Source of the DNA: Bacillus subtilis subsp. subtilis str. 168
GTDB lineage: Bacteria > Bacillota > Bacilli > Bacillales > Bacillaceae
Assembly (NCBI RefSeq): GCF_000009045.1
Contig: NC_000964.3
Span: forward strand, 2,976,001-3,040,000
Direction of reading: 5' to 3'
DNA: 64,000 bases
Positions 40,646-49,747 of this stretch are shown here, piece by piece (within the stretch, counting starts at the first letter, position 1; every line of letters starts with the position of its first letter). The notes below the pieces were generated by a model. The model was given only the letters and a program-made list of their open reading frames with translations, was not told the DNA's origin and did not search any database. The position numbers and the translations under genes are program-made.

Positions 40646-41635
40646 TTACTTTTCTTTTTTAAACCATTCATCAAATTGAGCCATCATATCAAGCATCGCC
40701 TTTTGATTGGAGAAAGACGGAAGATTCGCAAGCAGAATTTGCCCCGGCGCTTTCGTATTCTCTCCTTGTTTCTGAAGCACAAGGATGCTTTTGGCATGAG
40801 CTTCGTCTTTAAAAATAGATTTTGGCAGCTGCAACAGTGCGTTGATATGAACCTTATCTTTGAAAAACTGTTTCAGCTTGCCGCTTTGGGAGCTCTCAAA
40901 CAAATGATTCGGAATCATAAAAAATAAGTAGCCGCCCGGTTTGGTATGCTTGACGCTCTGTTCAATAAACAGATGATGAGCGAAGGAATGGCCTTCGTCA
41001 GCTTTGAGCTCAAACGCTTCTGCTCCTTCGTCATTCGGATAATAGCCGACTGGCAGATCACAAATGACCGTGTCAACTGGATCGATAAACAACGGCTCAA
41101 GGCTGTCCTGGTGGAAAAGCTCAAGCTCTTTTTTCAGAAGGTTCGCTTGGGCATAGGCGATCTTCAAGAGCACATCATCAATTTCAATGCCAAAGCTGTT
41201 TGCCGTTTTTTCAGACAGCTGGTTCAGCACGGTAAACAGAAGGTTCCCAGTTCCCAGGGCTGGATCAAGAATGGTCAGTTCCTTTTTGTCCGCCATAAAT
41301 TTATTCACCAAATAGCTGATGAAAAGCCCGATCGTATCCGGCGTCATTTGTCTGTTTGGATGCGAGATATCTTTCATTCCTTTAAGGACGGCAAGCTGAA
41401 AAGCCTTGCGTACCCACTCATGCTCATACGTGCCGAATTCCGCTTTTTCAAGCAGAGCCTGAAGTTGTTTGGTTTTCTGATCAGCAGGCAGTTTCAGCTG
41501 ATCCGTTTTTTCAAGAAAATACATTTCTCCTGCTTCGGCCAGCGCCTCTATATATGAAATCTGCAATTCATTCTTTATCATAATCGCGGCTTCGTTTAAC
41601 AGCTCATACACCGCACCTACATGGTCTTTTTGCAT
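40646..41635 (-). CDS. ytxK: Class I SAM-dependent, N6-adenine methyltransferase-like protein
   Basis: 329 aa; TP motif (QMTPD), motif I LDPALGTGNLL, motif IV region CDLPVGYY. Confidence 0.88.
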   Translation of the reverse strand: MQKDHVGAVYELLNEAAIMIKNELQISYIEALAEAGEMYFLEKTDQLKLPADQKTKQLQALLEKAEFGTYEHEWVRKAFQLAVLKGMKDISHPNRQMTPDTIGLFISYLVNKFMADKKELTILDPALGTGNLLFTVLNQLSEKTANSFGIEIDDVLLKIAYAQANLLKKELELFHQDSLEPLFIDPVDTVICDLPVGYYPNDEGAEAFELKADEGHSFAHHLFIEQSVKHTKPGGYLFFMIPNHLFESSQSGKLKQFFKDKVHINALLQLPKSIFKDEAHAKSILVLQKQGENTKAPGQILLANLPSFSNQKAMLDMMAQFDEWFKKEK

Positions 41636-41656
41636 ATTGTGTTCCTCCTTGCCATG

Positions 41657-41689
41657 AAAAAAGCTCCGGCGGCAGCCTGGAGCTTTTTT
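41657..41689 (-). terminator. Terminator after tpx
   Basis: aaaaaagctcc-ggcggcagcct-ggagctttttt. Confidence 0.75.
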
Positions 41690-41695
41690 CCCTGC

Positions 41696-42199
41696 TTACT
41701 TTACTAATGCCTTAGCAGCCTCAATTGGCTTTTCATAGTTCGGGTGGTTTGTTGCTTCGCTTACATATTCAGCGTAAACGACTTTTCCGTTCTCATCAAG
41801 GACAAATACGGAACGCGCAAGCAGACGAAGTTCTTTAATATACACACCGAACGCTTCGCCAAATGACATATCTCTGTGGTCAGACAGTGTTTCCACTTTG
41901 TCAATTCCGTTAGCGCCGCACCAGCGCGCTTGCGCGAATGGAAGGTCTGCACTGATTGTGTAGACGTTGACATCTCCAAGCTTTGCAGCTTCTTCGTTAA
42001 AACGGCGTGTTTGTGCATCACAAACACCTGTATCAATTGAAGGGATAACAGAAATAATCGTTACCTTTCCTTTCATGTCAGCTAACGATTTTTCTTCAAG
42101 GCTGTTAGTCAGCACTGTGAAATCAGGAGCTTGATCTCCTACCTTCACTTCTTGTCCGACAAGTGTAACCGGACCGCCTTTGAATGTAATTTCAGCCAT
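41696..42199 (-). CDS. tpx: Thiol peroxidase
   Basis: 167 aa from MAEITFKG; [20 protein letters not shown]. Confidence 0.96.
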   Translation of the reverse strand: MAEITFKGGPVTLVGQEVKVGDQAPDFTVLTNSLEEKSLADMKGKVTIISVIPSIDTGVCDAQTRRFNEEAAKLGDVNVYTISADLPFAQARWCGANGIDKVETLSDHRDMSFGEAFGVYIKELRLLARSVFVLDENGKVVYAEYVSEATNHPNYEKPIEAAKALVK

Positions 42200-42269
42200 T
42201 ATAATTCCTCCCTTTTGTATGTATGTCTCTATCATAGTAAAGTTTCCTGCAAACTGCAAAGTTTATGCC

Positions 42270-42309
42270 AAAAAAAAGTTAACTGCGGCCAGCGCAGTTA
42301 ACCTTTTTT
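42270..42309 (-). terminator. Terminator after ytfJ
   Basis: aaaaaaagttaactgcg-gccag-cgcagttaacctttttt. Confidence 0.8.
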
Positions 42310-42764
42310 TAATAATTCATATTGTTCATTTGGTTTTGATTTTGGCCTTGGCTTTGGTTTTTGTTATTTTTCTTGAACATTTGCTGGATGCGCTCGAGTG
42401 TTTGAGGGGCTGCGTCTAAAATTTTCTCTATTAAATGGGTATTTTCATCTAAATGAAGCATTCTGATGCCTGTCGATCCGACAATTAAAAACGCGATCGG
42501 CGTAATGGACACACCGCCCCCGCTTCCGCCTCCGAAAGGAAGTTTCTGTTCTCTTGTCTCATCGTCTTCCGATTTCTTTTCGGCCGGCTTTCCGCCAAAC
42601 TCGCTTCCGCCTGCGGCGAATCCGAATCCAACTTTAGAAACAGTTAAAATCACACTTCCATCAGGCGTTTCCACTGGATCTCCGATGATGGTGTTAACAT
42701 CAATCATTTCCTTCAAGTTTTCCATTGCGGTTTTCATTAAACCTTGGATGGGATGGTCTGCCAT
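42309..42764 (-). CDS. ytfJ: Spore protein GerW/YtfJ
   Basis: 151 aa from MADHPIQG; VSKVGFGFAAGG, FGGGSGGGV. Confidence 0.92.
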   Translation of the reverse strand: MADHPIQGLMKTAMENLKEMIDVNTIIGDPVETPDGSVILTVSKVGFGFAAGGSEFGGKPAEKKSEDDETREQKLPFGGGSGGGVSITPIAFLIVGSTGIRMLHLDENTHLIEKILDAAPQTLERIQQMFKKNNKNQSQGQNQNQMNNMNY

Positions 42765-42777
42765 ATACGCTTCCTCC

Positions 42778-43458
42778 TTAAACTGATGAATCATTCTTTG
42801 AAGTCATTCTAGCCGACGGATTCTTCTTTAATACGGATAGCTCCCGTCCGTATTTGACGAATTTGAAAGCTGCAAGCATAGCATGTCCAAAGCGAAAAAA
42901 GAATATACACTGAAAATGGGTCTTGGAAACAGGGACTTGAAACGACGGGATCACCTCATAGACAGGTTTATTCACAAAGTCCAGGTGGTCGTAGAGCATT
43001 GCTGCGATACCGCCCTTCACGCCCCATACAGCACCGGTTAACACACCTGTCACTGCCGCGTCCTGAATTCCGATTACTGTAACCCATTCTAGTTTTGTGA
43101 TATGTAAATGCGCGAGAAAAGACGCGCTGATTTTCCGCAGTCTGGTGACCTGATGCAAAAGCATTTCGATTTTATTAATGCTTTGCTGCACATCGTTTTG
43201 TGTAATTTTTTTCTTTCCGCTGCTTTTTTTCATTTTGGATTCAGTTTTTTGTTTGATATCCACTGTTCCGTCTTCTTTGTTCACCTTAATCGCCGGGATT
43301 GTTTTTTTGATCCTTATAAGGCCAAACAGCGCCGTAATCTTCAAGGTCAATTTGTCATTATCATCGGCATGAAGATACTCCAGCGCGACATGGATTTTCA
43401 TTCTGAGAAGCAGTACGATCCCTATGAGAATAAGAATGGCTGTCAGTACATACACCAT
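42778..43458 (-). CDS. ytfI: DUF2953-like sporulation protein YtfI
   Basis: 226 aa from MVYVLTA; N-terminal TM segment; candidate sigma-F promoter GTTTA-14 nt-GGCGATAAT at 43508-43481. Confidence 0.85.
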
Positions 43459-43532
43459 ATTCTTCACTTCCTCTAGGAGCATTATCGCCAATTCCTAAAA
43501 AAATAAACCCGGACGGAAGTCCGGGTTATCGG

Positions 43533-44027
43533 TTATTTGCGGTATAATTTTTCATGCACCACGGTGGTATCCGCGATGTAATCATGAATCCCTTGTTTTG
43601 TAGGTGAAAAGGCAACAACGATATATAAAATCCAAATCTTATCAATATACCGTCCAACCACTTCACGAAAAATCACTGTACTCCATGTCAGCTTGCTATC
43701 TTGCTTCACAGAAACCACTTTGAGGCCGAACACCATTTTACCAAGCGTCTGCCTGAAGTATTTTGTCATGAGTGCGAAATAGGCAAGATACACAATAAGC
43801 GTTGTCACACTGTAGGCCGAGAAGGTAAACATGCCGGATGTTTTCGGCAGATCCAATACGGTAAAGAGGGGAGAAACGAGCAAATGGTTTAATCCCCATA
43901 TCACGAGCCAATCAAGCAGGAAAGCCCAGAAACGAACCCAAAAGCCAGCATAGGCATGTGTCAGCAGCTCCGCTTCTTGCGGGCCTTTGATGTCATTGCG
44001 CTCTAACTCTTCATATGTCGCGTCCAT
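43533..44027 (-). CDS. yteJ: RDD-family membrane protein
   Basis: 164 aa; AGFWVRFWAFLLD, QTLGK, HDYIADT. Confidence 0.9.
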   Translation of the reverse strand: MDATYEELERNDIKGPQEAELLTHAYAGFWVRFWAFLLDWLVIWGLNHLLVSPLFTVLDLPKTSGMFTFSAYSVTTLIVYLAYFALMTKYFRQTLGKMVFGLKVVSVKQDSKLTWSTVIFREVVGRYIDKIWILYIVVAFSPTKQGIHDYIADTTVVHEKLYRK

Positions 44028-44039
44028 TATTGTTCCCTC

Positions 44040-45047
44040 CTACTTCGCATAGAGATACATCATTCTCGGCGAACCGGATTGCGATAGAATTTCTCTCATA
44101 TTCAAAAAATCAATTTCACTTTTAAACATTTTGTTCGCGCCCATGGAAAACAGTGAGCCTAATCCGAAGCTTTCCTCATAAGAAATGACAGAGGCGTTTT
44201 TCAAATCCTTGTGATCCTTTTTCATGGCCGTAATGGTATCGTCATAAAAACCAAGCTCATCAACGAGGTTCAGTTTTTTCGCCTGCCGTCCGTCATACAC
44301 GCGGCCGTCCGCAATTTTCTTTACCTCTGCTTTCGGCATGCCGCGCCCTTTTGAAATGACATCAACAAAGCCTTCATACGAATTATCAACCATCGATTGC
44401 ATGATGTTTTTTTCTTCTTTCGTCATCTCACGGGAAGGAGACATAATGTCCTTATGGGCCCCGCTCTTAATCGTTTCAAAAGAAATGCCAAGCTTGTCGG
44501 CAAGCTTTGAATAATTGACGCTTTCCATAATGACGCCGAGTGACCCGGTCAGGGTTTCCGGTGTCGCAAAAATCTTATCAGCCGCTGTTGAGATGTAATA
44601 GCCTCCTGATGCTGCCATCGAACCCATTGACACGTAAATCGGTTTTTTCGTTTCTTTCTTGATTTCTTCCAGTTTCTTATGTATTTCAGCACTTTCATAC
44701 ACTCCGCCACCCGGAGAATTCACCTTCAGAACGATACCTTTGACCGTCTTGTCATCTTTTGCGCGCTCAAGGTTTTTTAAGAACGTTCTGTGGTTATATC
44801 CGTCTGCACCAAGCAGACTGCTTGAGTCCCCATTATCCTGAATGGTGCCGCTGACCTCTAATACGGCAATTTTACTTGAGGGACTGCCGTTTTCCAGCGT
44901 CTTCTCCTGCGATTCATCCGTCAGTGATGTGAGATCCGTTTGAGCGCCTTTGACGCTTTCAAAGAAACTCATAGAGATGCTGACGATAATAGACACGCCG
45001 AAAATCCCCAGAGCAATCACTAATGCAATCCATCTTTTTGCATTCAT
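44040..45047 (-). CDS. sppA: Signal peptide peptidase (S49)
   Basis: 335 aa; N-terminal [16 protein letters not shown] (Ser), KSGAHKD (Lys). Confidence 0.95.
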
Positions 45048-45081
45048 TTTTTCTCCTCCTTTTTCCTAAACTCTCTCATTA

Positions 45082-45107
45082 TACGATTCAATATGAAAAA
45101 TGTTTCA
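45082..45107 (-). promoter_or_regulatory. sigma-W promoter of sppA-yteJ
   Basis: TGAAAC-16 nt-CGTA, an exact ECF sigma-W consensus. Confidence 0.85.
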
Positions 45108-45232
45108 CTTCATGAGAAAGCTCCGGCTTAACGGGCTGCCGGCAAACGTGGTACACTTATGGCCAAAGGTATTTTATCACAAATACTGGATGGCAGAAAA
45201 ACTTAAATATGACAGCAAAGGGGAAATGGGAT

Positions 45233-46036
45233 ATGACCGATCAACGCCGTAATGTTTATTTTTTTCACAAACAGGATCAGGAAACGAACGAACAAGCCCG
45301 CTCGTTAACACAATTAGCGGAAGAGCATGGATTTACCGTTGTGAACCAGCACTCAGACGCCAATATTATCGCTAGCATTGGCGGGGACGGCACATTTTTG
45401 CAGGCAGTCAGAAAGACGAATTTTCGTGACGACTGCTTGTACGTCGGCATTACCAAAAAGGGGAAAGCTCATTTATATTGCGACTTTCATAGTGATGAGC
45501 GAGAAAAAATGGTCGATGCAATGACGTTTGAACAAATTGAAGTGAGAAAATACCCGCTGATTGAAGTGACAGTGGATCAAGCCAGTCCTTTTCACTGCTT
45601 AAACGAGGTATCCATCCGCTCAAGCATCATCAAAACCTTTGTGATGGACGTGCTGATTGACGATCTGCACTTTGAAACGTTTAGAGGTGACGGAATGATT
45701 ATCTCAACGCCTACAGGGAGCACCGCCTATAACAAGTCTGTTGCAGGAGCTGTTGTTGATCCATTGCTTCCATGCATGCAGGTATCAGAGCTTGCATCCC
45801 TTAACAATAATACCTACCGGACACTCGGCTCGCCATTTGTCCTCAGCTCTGACCGAAAGCTGACCCTTCGTGTGGTGCAGGACGGCAACGAACACCCAAT
45901 CATCGGCTTGGACAATGAAGCACTCAGCACGAGAAATGTGAAAACGATCGAAATCAAACTGTCTAATAAGAAAATCAAAACAGTCAAACTAAAGGACAAT
46001 TCATTTTGGGAAAAAGTGAAGCGTACTTTTTTATAG
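45233..46036 (+). CDS. ytdI: NAD kinase paralog
   Basis: 267 aa from MTDQRRN; GGDGT, LNE, GDGMIISTPTGSTAY. Confidence 0.9.
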   Translation: MTDQRRNVYFFHKQDQETNEQARSLTQLAEEHGFTVVNQHSDANIIASIGGDGTFLQAVRKTNFRDDCLYVGITKKGKAHLYCDFHSDEREKMVDAMTFEQIEVRKYPLIEVTVDQASPFHCLNEVSIRSSIIKTFVMDVLIDDLHFETFRGDGMIISTPTGSTAYNKSVAGAVVDPLLPCMQVSELASLNNNTYRTLGSPFVLSSDRKLTLRVVQDGNEHPIIGLDNEALSTRNVKTIEIKLSNKKIKTVKLKDNSFWEKVKRTFL

Positions 46037-46040
46037 AAAA

Positions 46041-46070
46041 TAAAAGGACAGGCTGCTGCCTGTCCTTTTA
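46041..46070. terminator. Bidirectional terminator between ytdI and ytcJ
   Basis: taaaaggacaggc-tgct-gcctgtccttttat. Confidence 0.85.
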
Positions 46071-47657
46071 TGATTTCTCATATACAATCTGGCCGTTAAT
46101 CACGGTTTTTTTAATCTCTAAAAGATGAAGCTGTGCGGGGTCAATGGCAAACGGATCACCACTGAGAACTGTAAAATCCGCGTCATAGCCTTCCGCAATT
46201 TTTCCGCGTGACTTCTCTTTATAAATGATACCGGCGCTACCTTCTGTATAAAGCTTTATCGCTTCATATACAGGTAAACATTCACTTTCATTATAGCTTG
46301 GCCCGTTTTGCTCATGACTGCTTTTCCGGAGGACCGCGGACTGGATCCCTAGAAGCGGGTCAACAGGCTCAATCGGGGCGTCTGAACCGCCCGCGCATAA
46401 AATGCCTTTAGATATGAGGGTTTTCCAGGCAAATGCAGTCTTCATCCGGTCTTTTCCGAGACGGTCAATGACCCACGGAAAGTCGCTTGCAACGAAGTGC
46501 GGCTGAAGGTCAAGTGCGATCGGCATGCGTGCTGCTCTCTCGATTAATTCGTTATCAAGCACTTGAGCATGAATAAGCCGATCATGCCGGCCGTTTTTGG
46601 GCGGATGCTTTTCTATTGCGTTCAGCACTTTTTCAAAAGCAAGATCGCCGATTGCATGAACAGCAACCTCCATCCCTTTTTCTCTCGCTTTGCGAATGAG
46701 CCGGCCAAGGGTTTCGTCATCGTGAACCTGAACACCATTTGTTGATGGATCATCCTGATATGGTTCTTTCAATAAAGCCGTTCTCCCGCCAAGCGCCCCG
46801 TCCGCAAAGATTTTCATAGCACCGAACTCCACATACGGGCCGGACAGCTTCTCCAGCTGCTCCCATCGATCGACAGCTTCATGATGAACGAGCAAATGGC
46901 AGCGAAACGGATACTTTCCGCCAGCGGCAGCTTTCTCATAAGCTTTCATCGGCACCGAAACATCACCATAATAGGACAAGTCTTCCGAATGACCGCCCGT
47001 CAGGCCTTTTGTCCAGCAATCCTTTATTGCAGCCGTTAATGCCTCATCAACATAGTGCTGGGAGACTGGCGGGACAGCCTTCAGAATCAAATCCTGCGCC
47101 TTATCAAACAGGAGTCCGGTCGGCTCGCCATTTGCATCTTTTACGATGACTCCGCCGTCAGGATCAGGAGTATTTCTTGAAATTCCCGCTGCTTGAAGAG
47201 CCGCAGAATTGACAGCTATTGCATGCCGGCATATACGCTTGAGCAAGACGGGCCTGTCAGGAAACAGGCGATCAAGATCATGCTTAGTCAAGTAGTCAGG
47301 TGTCTCAAACTGATTTTCATTCCAGCCTTCTCCAATGAGCCAATCGTTTTTAGGAAGCTGCCGCTCTCTTTCCTTCGCAGCCTGTAAAATTGAATCTTTC
47401 GACGTCAGTGCGGACAGATCGAGCTGAAGCTGTTTCTCACCGTGGCCGATCAAATGTAGATGGCTGTCAACAAAACCGGGGAACATCACTGCTCCGTTCA
47501 GGCTGATTTCTTCTGTTTCCGGCGACCCGTACTTTTCCTTCAAACGTTCATAGCTGCCGGTGCCTTTTATAACACCATCCTCAACATAAACTGCCTCAGT
47601 CCGATCGCCTTCTTCGAGCATCGTATAAATGAAACCGCCGTGCCATATCGCCTTCAT
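46068..47657 (-). CDS. ytcJ: Amidohydrolase-3 family metallohydrolase
   Basis: 529 aa; DSHLH, KIFADGALG, VHAIGD, LIHAQ, GSDAP. Confidence 0.9.
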   Translation of the reverse strand: MKAIWHGGFIYTMLEEGDRTEAVYVEDGVIKGTGSYERLKEKYGSPETEEISLNGAVMFPGFVDSHLHLIGHGEKQLQLDLSALTSKDSILQAAKERERQLPKNDWLIGEGWNENQFETPDYLTKHDLDRLFPDRPVLLKRICRHAIAVNSAALQAAGISRNTPDPDGGVIVKDANGEPTGLLFDKAQDLILKAVPPVSQHYVDEALTAAIKDCWTKGLTGGHSEDLSYYGDVSVPMKAYEKAAAGGKYPFRCHLLVHHEAVDRWEQLEKLSGPYVEFGAMKIFADGALGGRTALLKEPYQDDPSTNGVQVHDDETLGRLIRKAREKGMEVAVHAIGDLAFEKVLNAIEKHPPKNGRHDRLIHAQVLDNELIERAARMPIALDLQPHFVASDFPWVIDRLGKDRMKTAFAWKTLISKGILCAGGSDAPIEPVDPLLGIQSAVLRKSSHEQNGPSYNESECLPVYEAIKLYTEGSAGIIYKEKSRGKIAEGYDADFTVLSGDPFAIDPAQLHLLEIKKTVINGQIVYEKS

Positions 47658-47676
47658 TCACGTTCACTCTCTTTCT

Positions 47677-49266
47677 TTACGCCTTTTTATTGGCTTTGAG
47701 CTGTTCTTCACGTTTTCTTAATTCCACTCGTCTGATTTTTGCAGAAGCCGTTTTCGGCAGGCTTTCCACAAATTCAATTTCTCTAGGATATTTGTATGGA
47801 GCGGTAATCGTCTTCACATGGTTTTGCAGCATTTTGACAAGCTCATCACTGCGTTTTTCATGATTTTGCAGGACAACATATGCCTTTACGATGGAGCCTC
47901 TGATTTCATCAGGGCTTGCGACAACAGCACATTCTTTTACTTCTGGGTGCTTAACAAGCGCGTCTTCCACCTCGAAAGGCCCGATCGTATAGCCGGAGCT
48001 GATAATAATATCGTCATTTCGGCTTTCAAACCAGAAGTAACCTTCCTCATCTTTTCTTGCTCTGTCTCCCGTTAGGAAATAATCGCCGCGAATTTGTGTT
48101 TTCATTCTTTCCGGATCTTTAAAATACTCTTTAAAGAGCGCAGGCGTACTGAGGTGAACAGCGATATCGCCAACCTCACCAGGTTTGCAGATTTCACCGT
48201 CTTCATTTATGATCTCCACCTGATTTCCCGGTGTCGGTTTTCCCATGCTTCCCGGTTTAATAGGCGTATCTTTCAAAACACCAACCAAAAGCGTGCTTTC
48301 TGTTTGGCCATATCCGTCCCGTACCTTAATGCCAAAGTGCTTTTGGAAAACATCAATGACTTCACGGTTGAGCGGCTCACCTGCGGAAACAGCGCTGTGC
48401 AGGGCAGAAAGATCAAAGCGTTTCAAGCCTTCAACCTTCGCCATTAAGCGGTATTCTGTCGGAGTGCAGCAGAAAACATTGATTTTGTAGCGATTTAAAA
48501 GCTCTAGATATTTTTCTGCTTTGAATCTGCCGTGGTACACAAAACCGGTTGCTCCGCTGCCAAGCACCGCTAAAAACGGACTCCATACCCACTTTTGCCA
48601 GCCAGGGGCAGCAGTTGCCCAGACGATATCCTTTTCAGAAATGTCAAGCCAAGCGCCGGCAGAAGTTTTTAAATGAGCAAATGCCCATCCATGTGTATGT
48701 ACAACACCTTTCGGCTGACCTGTTGTCCCGGATGTATAAGATAAGAAAGCCATATCATCTCTTGTTGTGTCAGCTGTTTTAAATTGGCTTCCGTCCGCTT
48801 CAATTGATAAGAGGTTTTTCCAGCCGGCATCATTTTCACCAATAGACAGTGTAATCAGTTTGTCAGCCGTACTGACATCCCGGAAAGCGCCAATAAATTC
48901 GGAGTAGACGATAGCGCCTTTTACCTCTGCATGTTCAATCCGGTATTCAAGATCTTTCGCGCGAAGCATTTCGGAGCACGGAATGACAACCATTCCTGAT
49001 TTCAGGATAGCCAAATAAACAGCATAGGCTTCAAGCACCCGCGGAACCATTACAATCAGCTTGTCTCCCTTTTTAAATCCAAGATCAGCTAAGGCCGCTC
49101 CGATTTTATTTGTTTCTTCCATCAGCTTTTCATACGACCAAGATTCTTGCTTGCCCGACTCGTCCTCCCAAAGAAGAGCGGTTTTTTGTCCAGCAGCACT
49201 GAACTTTTCCATTTCATTCACTAAATTATATTGCACAGGGGCAATTAAATCTTCACGTTTTAACAC
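47677..49266 (-). CDS. ytcI: Acyl-CoA synthetase (AMP-forming)
   Basis: 529 aa from a GTG with RBS GAGGAG; YTSGTTGQPKG, YGQTE, TGD, LPKTASAK. Confidence 0.9.
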   Translation of the reverse strand: MLKREDLIAPVQYNLVNEMEKFSAAGQKTALLWEDESGKQESWSYEKLMEETNKIGAALADLGFKKGDKLIVMVPRVLEAYAVYLAILKSGMVVIPCSEMLRAKDLEYRIEHAEVKGAIVYSEFIGAFRDVSTADKLITLSIGENDAGWKNLLSIEADGSQFKTADTTRDDMAFLSYTSGTTGQPKGVVHTHGWAFAHLKTSAGAWLDISEKDIVWATAAPGWQKWVWSPFLAVLGSGATGFVYHGRFKAEKYLELLNRYKINVFCCTPTEYRLMAKVEGLKRFDLSALHSAVSAGEPLNREVIDVFQKHFGIKVRDGYGQTESTLLVGVLKDTPIKPGSMGKPTPGNQVEIINEDGEICKPGEVGDIAVHLSTPALFKEYFKDPERMKTQIRGDYFLTGDRARKDEEGYFWFESRNDDIIISSGYTIGPFEVEDALVKHPEVKECAVVASPDEIRGSIVKAYVVLQNHEKRSDELVKMLQNHVKTITAPYKYPREIEFVESLPKTASAKIRRVELRKREEQLKANKKA

Positions 49267-49394
49267 GAACAACTCCTCACTTTCTCCACCCATTATACAT
49301 AAATACAGGCTCTTTCCGTAAGGATATGCCTAAAAGCAACCTCTGTAAACATAGATTTTATAGGCCGCTGGTCCTTTTTTATATGTAAAAAATG

Positions 49395-49421
49395 AAAAAG
49401 AGTGGGGATACCCCCACTCCT
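49395..49421 (-). terminator. Terminator after sspA
   Basis: aaaaagagtgggg-atac-ccccactc. Confidence 0.75.
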
Positions 49422-49444
49422 AAGCCATTATGTGAAATTGTAAA

Positions 49445-49654
49445 TTAGAATTGTCCTCCGCCCATGTTTTGTTGAGCAAAAGATACAAGACGTTTTGTGA
49501 TCTCTCCTCCAACAGAACCGTTAGCGCGAGAAGTTGTGTCTGCTCCAAGGTTTACACCGAATTCAGAAGCGATTTCTAATTTCATTTGGTCGATCGCTTG
49601 AGCAGCTCCTGGTACTAAAAGGTTGTTGCTGTTACCTGAGTTATTGTTAGCCAT
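49445..49654 (-). CDS. sspA: Major alpha-type small acid-soluble spore protein
   Basis: 69 aa from MANNNSGN; GPR site [20 protein letters not shown]. Confidence 0.97.
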   Translation of the reverse strand: MANNNSGNSNNLLVPGAAQAIDQMKLEIASEFGVNLGADTTSRANGSVGGEITKRLVSFAQQNMGGGQF

Positions 49655-49676
49655 GTGTCTCACCTCCTTGTGAGTA

Positions 49677-49707
49677 TAGAATGTGTCAAAACACATGGCT
49701 TCATTCA
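49677..49707 (-). promoter_or_regulatory. sigma-G promoter of sspA
   Basis: TGAATG-18 nt-CATTCTA. Confidence 0.8.
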
Positions 49708-49747
49708 GAAAAACTTTGGTAATTGTATACAGGAGCTGAAAATTGAT

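Noticed and set aside
40946-41557. 203-aa plus-strand ORF
   Set aside because: Entirely antisense to ytxK, with no RBS or recognisable motif; a shadow ORF.
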